Of a stretch of 64,000 bases of DNA, positions 7,888 through 17,361 are shown piece by piece. The DNA is from Candidatus Latescibacterota bacterium (lineage in GTDB: Bacteria; Latescibacterota; UBA2968; UBA8231). Positions within the stretch are counted from its first letter, which is position 1; every line of letters starts with the position of its first letter. The DNA lies in contig CBDETY010000003.1 of NCBI GenBank assembly GCA_965243025.1, positions 3,616,001-3,680,000 of the forward strand. The letters run 5' to 3'. The notes under the pieces are model-generated. The model ran no database searches. It worked only from the letters and a program-made list of their open reading frames with translations, and was not told where the DNA came from. Both the position numbers and the translations under genes were made by a program.

Positions 7888-8985
7888 ATGGCTGAAGATC
7901 AAAACTTGAAAGAACCGATTCCAGTAACAATCATCAGCGGCTTTTTAGGTGCGGGCAAAACTTCCCTGCTCAACCACATTCTCAACGCCGACCACGGATT
8001 GCGCGTGGCAGTGCTGGTCAACGACTTCGGAGAAATCAACATTGACGCCGAGTTGGTCTCCGGGGTCTCCGGGGAATCCACCATCAACCTTTCCAACGGG
8101 TGTATCTGTTGCTCGATTCGCGATGACCTGCTCGAAGCAACGGTTCAGTTGATTCAAGACCCGAACCCGCCGGAGTATATCGTCGTTGAAACGAGCGGCG
8201 TATCTGACCCGGAGGCGGTTTCATTGACCTTCATGGCTATCGAATTGCAGTCTCGGACGCGAGTGGACAGTGTGCTGACCGTGGTCGATGCGGAGCAGAT
8301 TTACCAGGTGAACGAGAAGCATCGCAGACTCGCCGTAGACCAGATCGCCATGGCAGACATTGTGGTGTTGAACAAGCTCGACCTGGTCAATGATGAAAAG
8401 CGGGAGGAATTGGCGGACTTTGTCACCGATCTCGTTCCGAGAGCGCGTATCCTCGAAGCTACATATGGCAAGGTTCCGCTCGATCTGGTACTCGGTTCAG
8501 GGACATACGACCTCCACCGCTTTTCGGGGAAGTCAGGCCTGGACGTTCACGTCCATGCGGACGGCGAGGCGCATGAACACGACCACTCTCACGGGAATCA
8601 TCACGAACCCCATACCGACCATACGCTTGTTTTCAACACGTGGTGCTATACGACCGACAAACCTCTGTCACGTGGGGCCGTTCTTGATGCGATGAGAACC
8701 CTGCCTGCGACTATCTACCGCGCCAAAGGGTTTGTTTACCTCGCCGACAATCCCGGTCGGAAGGGAATCGTCCACGTTGCCGGCCTGCGGGCGCGTCTGA
8801 TCACTGGTGAGCCGTGGGGCGACGATAAACCGGGGACACAGTTGGTTTTTATCGGTGAGGAAGGTGGAATAGACGCTTGCGAGTTGCAATCGCGCTTTGA
8901 TGCGTGCCAAACGGAAAATGATACTCATCAGGATGCCGCGTTGGATGCCGCTTTTGAATTGTTTCGGCAGCTTACAGCGAAATAG
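7888..8985 (+). CDS. Second COG0523 metallochaperone GTPase, His-rich
   Basis: GFLGAGKT, GCICC, ETSG, NKLD, His-rich insert HVHADGEAHEHDHSHGNHH, RAKG. Confidence 0.95.
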   Translation: MAEDQNLKEPIPVTIISGFLGAGKTSLLNHILNADHGLRVAVLVNDFGEINIDAELVSGVSGESTINLSNGCICCSIRDDLLEATVQLIQDPNPPEYIVVETSGVSDPEAVSLTFMAIELQSRTRVDSVLTVVDAEQIYQVNEKHRRLAVDQIAMADIVVLNKLDLVNDEKREELADFVTDLVPRARILEATYGKVPLDLVLGSGTYDLHRFSGKSGLDVHVHADGEAHEHDHSHGNHHEPHTDHTLVFNTWCYTTDKPLSRGAVLDAMRTLPATIYRAKGFVYLADNPGRKGIVHVAGLRARLITGEPWGDDKPGTQLVFIGEEGGIDACELQSRFDACQTENDTHQDAALDAAFELFRQLTAK

Positions 8986-9111
8986 GGGTTTTGCCAGCAG
9001 GCCCAATTCAAGGATTCGTGTCACCACGGGCAAAGCAGCGCTCGAAGTTCCCGCTTGACCCAAACCCCGATGGAAGACGCAGGCCCGCAGGGCCTCTCCG
9101 GTCAAGGCCGC

Positions 9112-9924
9112 CTATTCGACCGAACCGGGCTCGGAGAAACCGTTGCGCAGCGCCCTTGCCAGGAAAACGATCCCGAGGATGAGCAGCGGTATGCTGAGGA
9201 TCTGGCCGACCCCGAGGGCAAGGTCGGCGCCATACGCCGCTTGTCGTTCCTTGACGAATTCGATCAGAAACCGAAACCCGAAGGCGGAGACGAGGAAGAG
9301 GCCGAACAAAAAACCGCGCGGCGTTCGGGCTTCGAGCTGGATGTAGAATCGATACAACCCCACGAAGAGCGTTCCGTAGGCGATCGACTCGTAGAGCTGT
9401 GCGGGATGTCTCGGTGTATCGTCGATCCGGTCGAAGATGACGGCCCAGGGGACATCGGTGGGGACTCCGAGAATCTCCGAGTTAAAGAAATTACCGAGTC
9501 GGATCAGCAGTCCGGCGAGGGCGACGACAATGACCATCCGATCCAGCAGCCACAGATACGGTTGATCGGGGCGGCGCCGGGCGTAGATGAACAGCGCTGT
9601 CAAAATGCCGACCGCGCCGCCGTGGCTGGCGAGCCCGCCTTCCCACACCATCAGCATCTTGTGCGGATTGTCGAGGTAGTATCCCGGGTCGTAGAAGAGG
9701 CAATGCCCCAGGCGCGCGCCGGCGATCGTGCCGGCCATCATGTACGTCAGGAGCGTTGCGAGATCTGATTCCGGCTTCCCCTCTCGCTTGAAGACGGAAC
9801 GGATGATGTTGTATCCGATGAAGAACGAGAGCGCGAAGAGGATGCCGTAGTACCTGATCGTGAACGGACCGATCTGGAAAAGGACCGGGTCGACATTCCA
9901 GATGATCGCGTCAGATTGAGGCAA
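9112..9924 (-). CDS. lgt: Prolipoprotein diacylglyceryl transferase
   Basis: IRYYG, GARLGHCLFY, WEGGLASHGG, RLGNFFNSE, RHPAQLYE, RFLIEF. Confidence 0.95.
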   Translation of the reverse strand: MPQSDAIIWNVDPVLFQIGPFTIRYYGILFALSFFIGYNIIRSVFKREGKPESDLATLLTYMMAGTIAGARLGHCLFYDPGYYLDNPHKMLMVWEGGLASHGGAVGILTALFIYARRRPDQPYLWLLDRMVIVVALAGLLIRLGNFFNSEILGVPTDVPWAVIFDRIDDTPRHPAQLYESIAYGTLFVGLYRFYIQLEARTPRGFLFGLFLVSAFGFRFLIEFVKERQAAYGADLALGVGQILSIPLLILGIVFLARALRNGFSEPGSVE

Positions 9925-9983
9925 TGTGGTTGACCTGCATCGAGTGTCTGGATGGAATGCGTCGTCGCCGGACTACCTGTTCC

Positions 9984-10055
9984 ATGCTGAAGGATATACC
10001 CGACGAGCGGGGGATCGAGATGGGTCAGGCAGGGGTATCGAATGTCCGGTATTCG
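9984..10055 (+). pseudogene. Short N-terminal remnant resembling GTP cyclohydrolase IB (FolE2)
   Basis: MLKDIPDERGIEMGQAGVSNVRY resembles the FolE2 N-terminal pattern D-x-R-x-I-x-I-x-x-VGV-x-x-x-RYP. Similarity stops just before operator 2. Confidence 0.5.
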
Positions 10056-10070
10056 ACTTGCTTGATTAAT

Positions 10071-10091
10071 GATAATGAACTATCAATTATC
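10071..10091. promoter_or_regulatory. Fur/Zur-type operator, copy 2
   Basis: GATAATGAA-CTA-TCAATTATC; right half identical to copy 1 and left half shares GATAAT; directly upstream of the Zn ABC transporter. Confidence 0.75.
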
Positions 10092-10092
10092 C

Positions 10093-10890
10093 ATGCAAAA
10101 TGCATCTGCCCGGGCTGGGCTGACAGCGATGGCGAATCCAATGCTCCTTTCGGCAACTGGACTCTCGCTCGGCTATGGGACCGAGACCGTCGCTGAAGAC
10201 GTCGCCTTCAACCTTGCGCCCGGCGACGTGCTCGCTGTTGTCGGTCACAACGGATCGGGAAAATCGACCCTGATCAAAACAGTGTCGGGCGCCTTGCCGC
10301 CGCTTGCCGGCACGCTCAACTGGCCCGTCGGGCGGCCACCGACAATCGCTTATCTGGGCCAGAGGACCGAGTTCGACAGCCGCTTTCCCATCCGGGTCCG
10401 CGACATGGCTGCAATGGGTGCCTGGCCCAACCTCGGGTTTCTCGGCCGCATCGACTCTGAGTGCCGGGCCCGGATCCGGTGCGCGCTCGAGCGCACAGGC
10501 ACCGCCGGGATCGCCGACATGCCCCTGCACAAACTGTCCTCGGGTCAGCTGCAACGGGCGCTGTTTGCCCGGACCATGGTTCAGGATGCGCCGCTGATCC
10601 TGTTGGATGAGCCGTTTACGGCCGTCGACCAGACAACGGAAGCGGCTCTGCTGACCCTGATCGATCAATGGGCCGCGGAAGGACGCACCATCATCCTCGT
10701 TCTGCACGACCTTTCCGCCGTTCTACAACATTGCACCTCAGCGCTTCTCCTGGGAGATGGCCGCGCGTTTTTCGGTGCCCCGAAAGAAACGCTTACGCCC
10801 GACAACCTGGTCGTTCACCGGTACCTGTCGCAAAGTCAGGCCGCCTGGATCGAAACCATGTACTCGCAATCGAAAGCAGACGATGTTTGA
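10093..10890 (+). CDS. Zn/Mn ABC transporter ATP-binding protein (ZnuC/AztA-like)
   Basis: GHNGSGKST, LSSGQLQR, LLDEPF, VLHD; start at 10093 or 10129. Confidence 0.9.
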   Translation: MQNASARAGLTAMANPMLLSATGLSLGYGTETVAEDVAFNLAPGDVLAVVGHNGSGKSTLIKTVSGALPPLAGTLNWPVGRPPTIAYLGQRTEFDSRFPIRVRDMAAMGAWPNLGFLGRIDSECRARIRCALERTGTAGIADMPLHKLSSGQLQRALFARTMVQDAPLILLDEPFTAVDQTTEAALLTLIDQWAAEGRTIILVLHDLSAVLQHCTSALLLGDGRAFFGAPKETLTPDNLVVHRYLSQSQAAWIETMYSQSKADDV

Positions 10891-11761
10891 GTGGCTCGAC
10901 TACGCGTTCATGGTCCGGGCACTGACCGCGACGACGGTGCTGAGTTTCTCCGTCGCCCCGGTCGGAGCATTCCTGGTGCTCAGGCGCCTGTCGCTCGCCG
11001 GGGAGGCGATGGCTCACGCCATTGTGCCGGGAATCGTCATCGCTTTCGTGATTTCCGGTCTGTCGGTGGGATCCATGATCGTTGGCGGGTTGACCGCCGG
11101 TATCACCGTCGCCGCCCTGACCAGCCTGCTCGCCCGTATGACAATCCTCCGCGAGGATGCGAGTCTGGCGTCGCTCTACCTGATCGCCCTTGCTCTGGGC
11201 ATCTTCATCCTGTCCGCCGCCGGCTCGGCGGTGCCGCTGAAGAGTTTCCTGTTCGGTTCCATCCTCGGCATCGACGACGAAAGCCTCATTCTGATCGGGA
11301 CGACGGCCACGATCACATTGGTGAGCTTCGCGCTGATCCTCAGGCCGCTGATCATCAATACAATCGATCCCGTCTTCCATGAGAGCCAGTCCAGGCACCC
11401 GGGCATCGTGGCTCACTGGTTCATGTTTCTGGTGGTGCTCAATCTGTTGGGGGCCTTCAAGGCGCTCGGCACGCTGATGGCGGTCGGCTTGATGATCCTG
11501 CCGGCGACGGCGGCACGCTACTGGGTCTCGACAATCACCGGCTACGTGATCGTGACCTTCGTATTCGCGCTGCTGAGCTGCTGGATCGGGTTGATCACTT
11601 CGTTCTATTTGCAGGACGTGCCTTCAGGTCCTGCAATCGTACTGGTTGCGGCGGTCTTTTTCTTCTTGAGCCTGATCTTCGCCCCGCAGGGATTTCATGC
11701 CGGCGCGCGCCTCAACCCGTACCGCCGCCAACCCCTGACCACCGATCAAAACTCAACGTAG
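10883..11761 (+). CDS. Zn/Mn ABC transporter permease (ZnuB/AztB-like)
   Basis: ATG 10883; LRRLSLAGEAMAHAIVPG, LFGSILG, PSGPAIV. Confidence 0.92.
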   Translation: MFEWLDYAFMVRALTATTVLSFSVAPVGAFLVLRRLSLAGEAMAHAIVPGIVIAFVISGLSVGSMIVGGLTAGITVAALTSLLARMTILREDASLASLYLIALALGIFILSAAGSAVPLKSFLFGSILGIDDESLILIGTTATITLVSFALILRPLIINTIDPVFHESQSRHPGIVAHWFMFLVVLNLLGAFKALGTLMAVGLMILPATAARYWVSTITGYVIVTFVFALLSCWIGLITSFYLQDVPSGPAIVLVAAVFFFLSLIFAPQGFHAGARLNPYRRQPLTTDQNST

Positions 11762-11774
11762 GAGCAAGAAGCGC

Positions 11775-12683
11775 ATGCAAAGACTATTCAGCCCACTGCT
11801 GGCAGCGGGCCTGGTCCTGGCCGGAATCCCCGCGGCCGCCCAGGACAGGATCAAGGTCGTCGCCAGCTTCTCCATCCTCGGCGATATGGTGCGCCAGGTC
11901 ACCGGCGATCTGGCCGAGGTGACAACCATTGTCGGCCCGGACGCCGATGCGCACGTTTACACCCCCAACGCGGCCGACGCCAAAGCAGTTGCAAACGCCG
12001 AGATTATCTTTGTCAACGGTCTGGGCTTCGAGACCTGGTCGCAAACCCTGATCGAGACGTCCGGTACCAAGGCCGAAGTATCCGTCGCGACGGATGGCAT
12101 AACGCCTTTGAAGGTTGACGGCGAAATCGACCCGCATGCCTGGAATTCGCTCACGAACGGCATGAAGTATGTCGCCAGGATTGCGGACAGCATGGCCGAA
12201 ATCGATCCGGAAAACGCGGCGGCCTACAAGGCCAACGCCCGCGCCTGCACCGCCAGACTGAAGGAACTGCACAACCGCGCGCTCGACCAACTCAAAAGAC
12301 TGCCCGCCGGCCAGCGCACGGTCGTGACCGCCCACGACGCCTTCGGGTACCTGGAGGCAGCCTATGGGCTCACGTTTCTGGCCCCGGTCGGGATCGACAC
12401 CGATGCCGAGCCGTCGGCACGGGACCTCGCCAGGCTGATCGATCACCTCAAGCAGGCCGGCGCCGGCGCGCTGTTCGTCGAGAACATCACCAGTCCGTCC
12501 CTGGTTCAGCAGATCGCGCGCGAAACCGGAATTCAGATCGGTGGCCGGCTGTTCTCCGACGCGCTCTCGGAACGCGGCGGCCCGGCGACCAGCTACGAGA
12601 AGATGTTCGAGCACAACCTGGGAACGCTGATTCAAGCGCTCAGCCAGCAATCGCAACTGGCCACAAGAAAAACGGCGTTCTGA
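11775..12683 (+). CDS. Cluster A-I metal ABC substrate-binding protein (ZnuA/AztC-like)
   Basis: Signal peptide; DAHVY, DPHAW, HDAFGY, LFSDAL metal-ligand motifs. Confidence 0.93.
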   Translation: MQRLFSPLLAAGLVLAGIPAAAQDRIKVVASFSILGDMVRQVTGDLAEVTTIVGPDADAHVYTPNAADAKAVANAEIIFVNGLGFETWSQTLIETSGTKAEVSVATDGITPLKVDGEIDPHAWNSLTNGMKYVARIADSMAEIDPENAAAYKANARACTARLKELHNRALDQLKRLPAGQRTVVTAHDAFGYLEAAYGLTFLAPVGIDTDAEPSARDLARLIDHLKQAGAGALFVENITSPSLVQQIARETGIQIGGRLFSDALSERGGPATSYEKMFEHNLGTLIQALSQQSQLATRKTAF

Positions 12684-12764
12684 CGGCCACCCGATTGAAG
12701 TCCGTCCAACCGAATCAGGCATGCAGTCACCCATCCCAGGCCGCCGCTGTCAGGAGGTATCCTC

Positions 12765-13145
12765 ATGAACAACAGACGCACCAGCCAACGCAGCGCCATC
12801 GTGAGGGTTGTTCGCGACGCCCCCGGCCCGCTTCGCCCCCTGGAAATCCTCGGCCTGGCGTCCCGCATAGTGCCGACGCTGGGCATTGCAACGGTTTACC
12901 GGCAGCTCAGGCGCCTGCAAGACGCCGGTGAAGTGCGGGCGGTGGACCTGGGCGTCAATGACGTGCGCTACGAGCCGACCGACCGGGGCCACCATCACCA
13001 TTTTCTCTGTCGTGAGTGCGAGGAAGCGTTCGATATCCACGGATGCCCGGGAGGGATGGCGGAGCTGGCGCCGCCGGGTTTCGAGATCGAAAAGCACGAG
13101 ATCACGCTTTATGGACGATGCGGCGAATGCAGCGCCGGGAAGTAA
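12765..13145 (+). CDS. Fur-family regulator, probably Zur by context
   Basis: TSQRSAI, GIATVYRQL, HHHHFLCREC, LYGRCGEC; AGGAGG RBS. Confidence 0.9.
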   Translation: MNNRRTSQRSAIVRVVRDAPGPLRPLEILGLASRIVPTLGIATVYRQLRRLQDAGEVRAVDLGVNDVRYEPTDRGHHHHFLCRECEEAFDIHGCPGGMAELAPPGFEIEKHEITLYGRCGECSAGK

Positions 13146-14414
13146 ATGACGATCACTATGTTCCGAATCAGGGAAAACGAAATCGCCGATGCGCTGACGA
13201 CAGCAGATATCTGGCAAATCATGCTTCGAGAGGTTCCCCCGATTGCCGCTGAATACTTTATCGGCGGCGCTGACGAGCTGACTACGCTGAAGGCGAATGT
13301 CCTGGCGTTTCAACAGACGATGCTCGCGCCTCCCGGAGCCGTCAAACACAAGACATTGAACACGACGACGAGCATATTTGGTCAGGAGCTTTCTCTTCCT
13401 TTTTTTGTCGCGCCGGTGGGGAGCCTTCGCACGCTATGGCCAATGGCTGACGCAGTTGCATCTCAAGTCGCCGGGGAATTTGGAACGGCCATGACGCTGT
13501 CGACGCTTTCACAAACACCCATGGAAGCCGTGGCCGAAGCGTCGAGCGGTCCGAAGTGGTTTCAGCTCTACCTGTGCGGCGGAGTGGAAACCGCGAAAAG
13601 AGGTATCAGGCGGGCAAGAGATGCGGGTTTTTCTGCACTGGTCCTTACTATCGACACCGCGGTGTCGGGGAACAGAATAGAACATGCCAGGATGAAGCCG
13701 ATGGAGGCCGTGGGCTCCATTTACTCCGGCCCGAGAAAGCTGAAGCGCGCGTTACACAAGGTGAAGCTGGCACCACAGATCGTCCCTCGAACGGGGTGGT
13801 TACGGAGGCATTGGCGCGACGGTGGATTCCTTCCCTTTGCCAACATCATCGACGAATGCGGCGAGCCCATGCCATATGCCGGTATTGGAGAGCAGCTTGC
13901 TGCCTCGGCCGTTACCTGGAGCGACCTCCCATGGATAAAGGAGACATGGGGTGAGCAACCGCTCATCGTCAAAGGCGTTCACTGCGCCGAGGACGCTTTG
14001 AAAGCGGAGGAGCTGGGAGCAAACGGAGTTATTTTCTCCAACCACGGCGGCCGCCAGTTAGGTCGGGCTATTCCGTCCCTGCAGATTGTCGCCGAGGCCA
14101 TCCCCAAGTTGGGCGCCGCCAAGTCCAAACTCGAATGCGCGATGGACGGCGGTATCCGAAGCGGACTGGATGTTCTTATCGGGTTGAGCTACGGCCTGAA
14201 GGCCGTGGGCCTGGGCAGAGTGACCGCAGGTGGACTGGGAGCCGGTGGTCACCTGGGTCTGACCCGAGCCTTTGAGTTAATGAAGGAAGACCTGCTTCGC
14301 TCCATGGAACTGCTCGGAGTGCAAAACATCAGCCAGATTCAAGAACAAGGAGAGAAGCTTCGGCGCAAGAGCATGGTGTCAGGCACGGCACATCTTCCCG
14401 GCTTCGTTTTCTAG
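13146..14414 (+). CDS. FMN-dependent alpha-hydroxy-acid oxidase/dehydrogenase
   Basis: WFQLY, LTIDT, IVKGV, SNHGGRQ, DGGIRSG. Confidence 0.9.
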   Translation: MTITMFRIRENEIADALTTADIWQIMLREVPPIAAEYFIGGADELTTLKANVLAFQQTMLAPPGAVKHKTLNTTTSIFGQELSLPFFVAPVGSLRTLWPMADAVASQVAGEFGTAMTLSTLSQTPMEAVAEASSGPKWFQLYLCGGVETAKRGIRRARDAGFSALVLTIDTAVSGNRIEHARMKPMEAVGSIYSGPRKLKRALHKVKLAPQIVPRTGWLRRHWRDGGFLPFANIIDECGEPMPYAGIGEQLAASAVTWSDLPWIKETWGEQPLIVKGVHCAEDALKAEELGANGVIFSNHGGRQLGRAIPSLQIVAEAIPKLGAAKSKLECAMDGGIRSGLDVLIGLSYGLKAVGLGRVTAGGLGAGGHLGLTRAFELMKEDLLRSMELLGVQNISQIQEQGEKLRRKSMVSGTAHLPGFVF

Positions 14415-14479
14415 AGTGACCGAAATACCTGTATCAGGCCGATCAGGGCGAAACTCTTTGTAGAAAGCCGCTTACGCCC

Positions 14480-16321
14480 ATGAACTGGCGGGAAGTAATC
14501 CCCGGTGTGTACCGCTATCGGGACAGCTGCAACGTCTACGCCGTGCGGGGAAGTGAGGGCATGCTCCTCATCGACGCCGGCACCGGGCGCTGGCTCGACC
14601 ATGTCTCCGAGCTGCCGGCGGCGCCGGCCGCCCTCGCCCTGACCCACTACTTCCGCGATCACGCCGCCGGGGCGGTGCCGGCCGCGGCGCGAGGGATCCC
14701 GGTGTACGTGCCCGAGCACGAGAGGGCCGTTCTCGCCGATCCGGGGCAGCATTTCAGGGCGCGGGAGACCTACGTCATCTACGACAACCTCTGGAACCTG
14801 TTCGCACCGATCGAGCCGGTCGCGGTCGCCGGTCTGCTGCGGGACTACGACCGCATGCGGCTGGCCGGCCTCGAGGTGGAGGTGATCCCCCTGCCGGGCT
14901 GCACCCTGACCCAGGTCGGGCTCGGCGTCCTCCTGCCGGGGTCCGACCGGCCGGTGGTGTTCTGCGGCGAGGCCATCCACTCCCCCGGGCGGGTGCCGAG
15001 GGTCGCCCCGTTCCAGTACAACTACAACGACATGTCCGGGGCCGGGAACGCCTGGTACTCCGCCCGCTCCCTGGGCCGCCGCGAACCGGCGGCCCTGTTG
15101 CCGAGCCTGGGAGAGCCGATACTCGACGATACCGGCGGGGCCTTGGGCCGCCTCGAGGAGAACCTGAGGGCGCTGCTCGCCCCCTACCGCTACGGCGACC
15201 CCGGCCCTCCGGGGCGTCTGGAGAAGGTGACCGACCACGTCTACCTCGACACCGACTCGGGCAGCAACAACTGGTTCGTCGTCAGCGATTCCGGCAAGGC
15301 GCTGGTCATCGACTACGGGTACTACTCCTCCCCGTTCGGCAGCGCCTTCCCCGGGTACTCCAGCCCCCCCAACCGGCGCCCCCTCCTCCACGGCCTGGAA
15401 GCGCTCGAAAGGCAGTTCGCAATCGACCGCATCGACGTCGCCCTGATCAGCCATTTCCACGACGACCACGTCTGCGGGCTGCCGCTGCTGCAGCGCCTGT
15501 TCGGCACCGAGGTCTGGGCCGCGGAGAACTTCGCCGACCTGATCGCCCACCCGGAAGCGCACTGCTTCCCCTGCAACTGGCACCAGCCGGCCCGGGTCGA
15601 CCGCCGCATCCGCCTCGACGAGGAGGTCGAGTGGGAGGAGTACCGCTTCCACTTCGCCCCCATGAGCGGCCACACCCGCTTCGCCTCGCTGATCGGCTTC
15701 GAGGCGGACGGCATGCGCTTCGCCCACACCGGCGACCAGTACTTCTTCGACGGCGATTTCAGGAACTGGAGCGAGAACCAGCGCATGCAGAACCACGTCT
15801 ACCGCAACGGCGCCCTGCTCGACGGGTACGAGGAGAGCGGCCGCTGGATGCTGGAGTGGCGGCCGCAGGTGGTGATCCAGGGGCATCAGCCCCCGTTCTT
15901 CACCGACGACGACTTCTTCGCCCACATCGAGAAGTGGCGGGAGGACTACGAGACCCTGCACAGGAACCTCATGCCCCTCGGCGAGGATGAGGTCCACTTC
16001 GACCTCGACAGCTGGGGCGGCTGGATCTGGCCCTACCGCGTGCACCTCGCCGAGCCGGGACCGGCGCGGGTCAGGGTGACGGTGCGCAACCCCCTGCCGC
16101 ACCCGGCCGACCTGGAGGTGGCGCTGGTAGGCCCGCAGGGATGGCGTGGTGAGTCGGCGACCCTGCGGGCAGGTCCGCGGCGCGAGGTCAGCTGCGAGCT
16201 GTCGATCGTCCCGGACCGGCCATGCCGGCGGCAGCCGTTCGCGGTGGACCTGGTAGCCGGCGGGCGGCCGTTCGGGCAGGTGGCCGAGGCGTTGATGACG
16301 GTAGGGGGGGAGGAGTTCTGA
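14480..16321 (+). CDS. Protein with two metallo-beta-lactamase-fold domains
   Basis: LIDAG...THYFRDH (degenerate) and LVIDYG...SHFHDDH...GHT...HTGD. Confidence 0.8.
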   Translation: MNWREVIPGVYRYRDSCNVYAVRGSEGMLLIDAGTGRWLDHVSELPAAPAALALTHYFRDHAAGAVPAAARGIPVYVPEHERAVLADPGQHFRARETYVIYDNLWNLFAPIEPVAVAGLLRDYDRMRLAGLEVEVIPLPGCTLTQVGLGVLLPGSDRPVVFCGEAIHSPGRVPRVAPFQYNYNDMSGAGNAWYSARSLGRREPAALLPSLGEPILDDTGGALGRLEENLRALLAPYRYGDPGPPGRLEKVTDHVYLDTDSGSNNWFVVSDSGKALVIDYGYYSSPFGSAFPGYSSPPNRRPLLHGLEALERQFAIDRIDVALISHFHDDHVCGLPLLQRLFGTEVWAAENFADLIAHPEAHCFPCNWHQPARVDRRIRLDEEVEWEEYRFHFAPMSGHTRFASLIGFEADGMRFAHTGDQYFFDGDFRNWSENQRMQNHVYRNGALLDGYEESGRWMLEWRPQVVIQGHQPPFFTDDDFFAHIEKWREDYETLHRNLMPLGEDEVHFDLDSWGGWIWPYRVHLAEPGPARVRVTVRNPLPHPADLEVALVGPQGWRGESATLRAGPRREVSCELSIVPDRPCRRQPFAVDLVAGGRPFGQVAEALMTVGGEEF

Positions 16322-16360
16322 GGCGGCCGGGGCAGCGATCCGCGCGGACCCCACCGACTG

Positions 16361-17239
16361 TCAGATGTATCCCGCCGAGGTGAGCAATTCGATCTCGTCG
16401 CTCAGCCGTTCGAGCACGTGATCGGGGTAGATGGACATGCGCTGGAACGGCAGGTTGTCGCGCCCGATCGCCGGCATGTAGTTGAAGAAGACCGAGCGCC
16501 TGATCGAGTCGTTGGTGACGGGGTAGGCGTTGTGAGTCATCCCCTCCGAGAAGACGACGACGTCCCCGGGCGCGGCCAGCACCGGCACCGCCATCGGGTT
16601 TTTTCTCGCGTCAGTCATGTCGAAGGGACAGGAGAAGTTCGCCTTGTGGCTGCCCGGGATCGCGGCGAAGGGGCCGTTCTCCACGCGCGTCATGTCCGAC
16701 AGGATCACCACGCTCTTGGTGCTCTTGCAGGCGAAGCGCTCCCGCGTGTGGTCGTAGGCGTAGTAGATGTCGCGGTCGAGGGGAAAGCCGCCGTTGTGGA
16801 GCCCGCCCCCGGCAACGGGCCCCACCTTCTCGATGTAGTAGGTCGCCGAGATGTAGACCGGGCCGCCGGCGAGCTCGCGGTGGATGGACTTCATCGCCGG
16901 GTCGCGCACGATGCGGTCGAACTTCGCGGTTCCGCACAGGGCGTGGTCGACCCGCCCGATGCCGCCGGTTTCCGGGTTGGGGCGGCGGTCGGGGCGGTGC
17001 TCCCCCTTCCAGAACGGGTGCTCAGGGTCCGACATCGCCGGGGCCAGGAAATAGCTGGCGACCCCCAGCCGGGTGTAGGTGTCGTGGTCGACGGGGATCT
17101 CCTGGAGCTCGTCGATGCCGGCATGGAACTCCGCAACCGCCTCCTCGTCGTAGTGCCCCTTCAGAACGATGTACCCCCGCAGGTCGAACTCGTACTTCTG
17201 CTCCGGGGTCAGGGCGAAAGCGGAATCAGTGGAGGTCAT
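16361..17239 (-). CDS. PhyH-family Fe(II)/2-oxoglutarate dioxygenase-like protein
   Basis: FDLRGYIVL, GPFAAIPGSHK, PGDVVVFSEGMTH. The HxD motif is replaced by LHNG. Confidence 0.8.
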   Translation of the reverse strand: MTSTDSAFALTPEQKYEFDLRGYIVLKGHYDEEAVAEFHAGIDELQEIPVDHDTYTRLGVASYFLAPAMSDPEHPFWKGEHRPDRRPNPETGGIGRVDHALCGTAKFDRIVRDPAMKSIHRELAGGPVYISATYYIEKVGPVAGGGLHNGGFPLDRDIYYAYDHTRERFACKSTKSVVILSDMTRVENGPFAAIPGSHKANFSCPFDMTDARKNPMAVPVLAAPGDVVVFSEGMTHNAYPVTNDSIRRSVFFNYMPAIGRDNLPFQRMSIYPDHVLERLSDEIELLTSAGYI

Positions 17240-17361
17240 TTCCGGGTGCCTCTTTGCCGCCCGGGCCGGCGACGGGGTTCGGCCGGTCGCGGCCCGGGGT
17301 CAGGAGGTGCAGCGGCTGTCCTTCGCGTCAGGATCGCCGGCGCGCGGCGCTGCCCTGCCGG

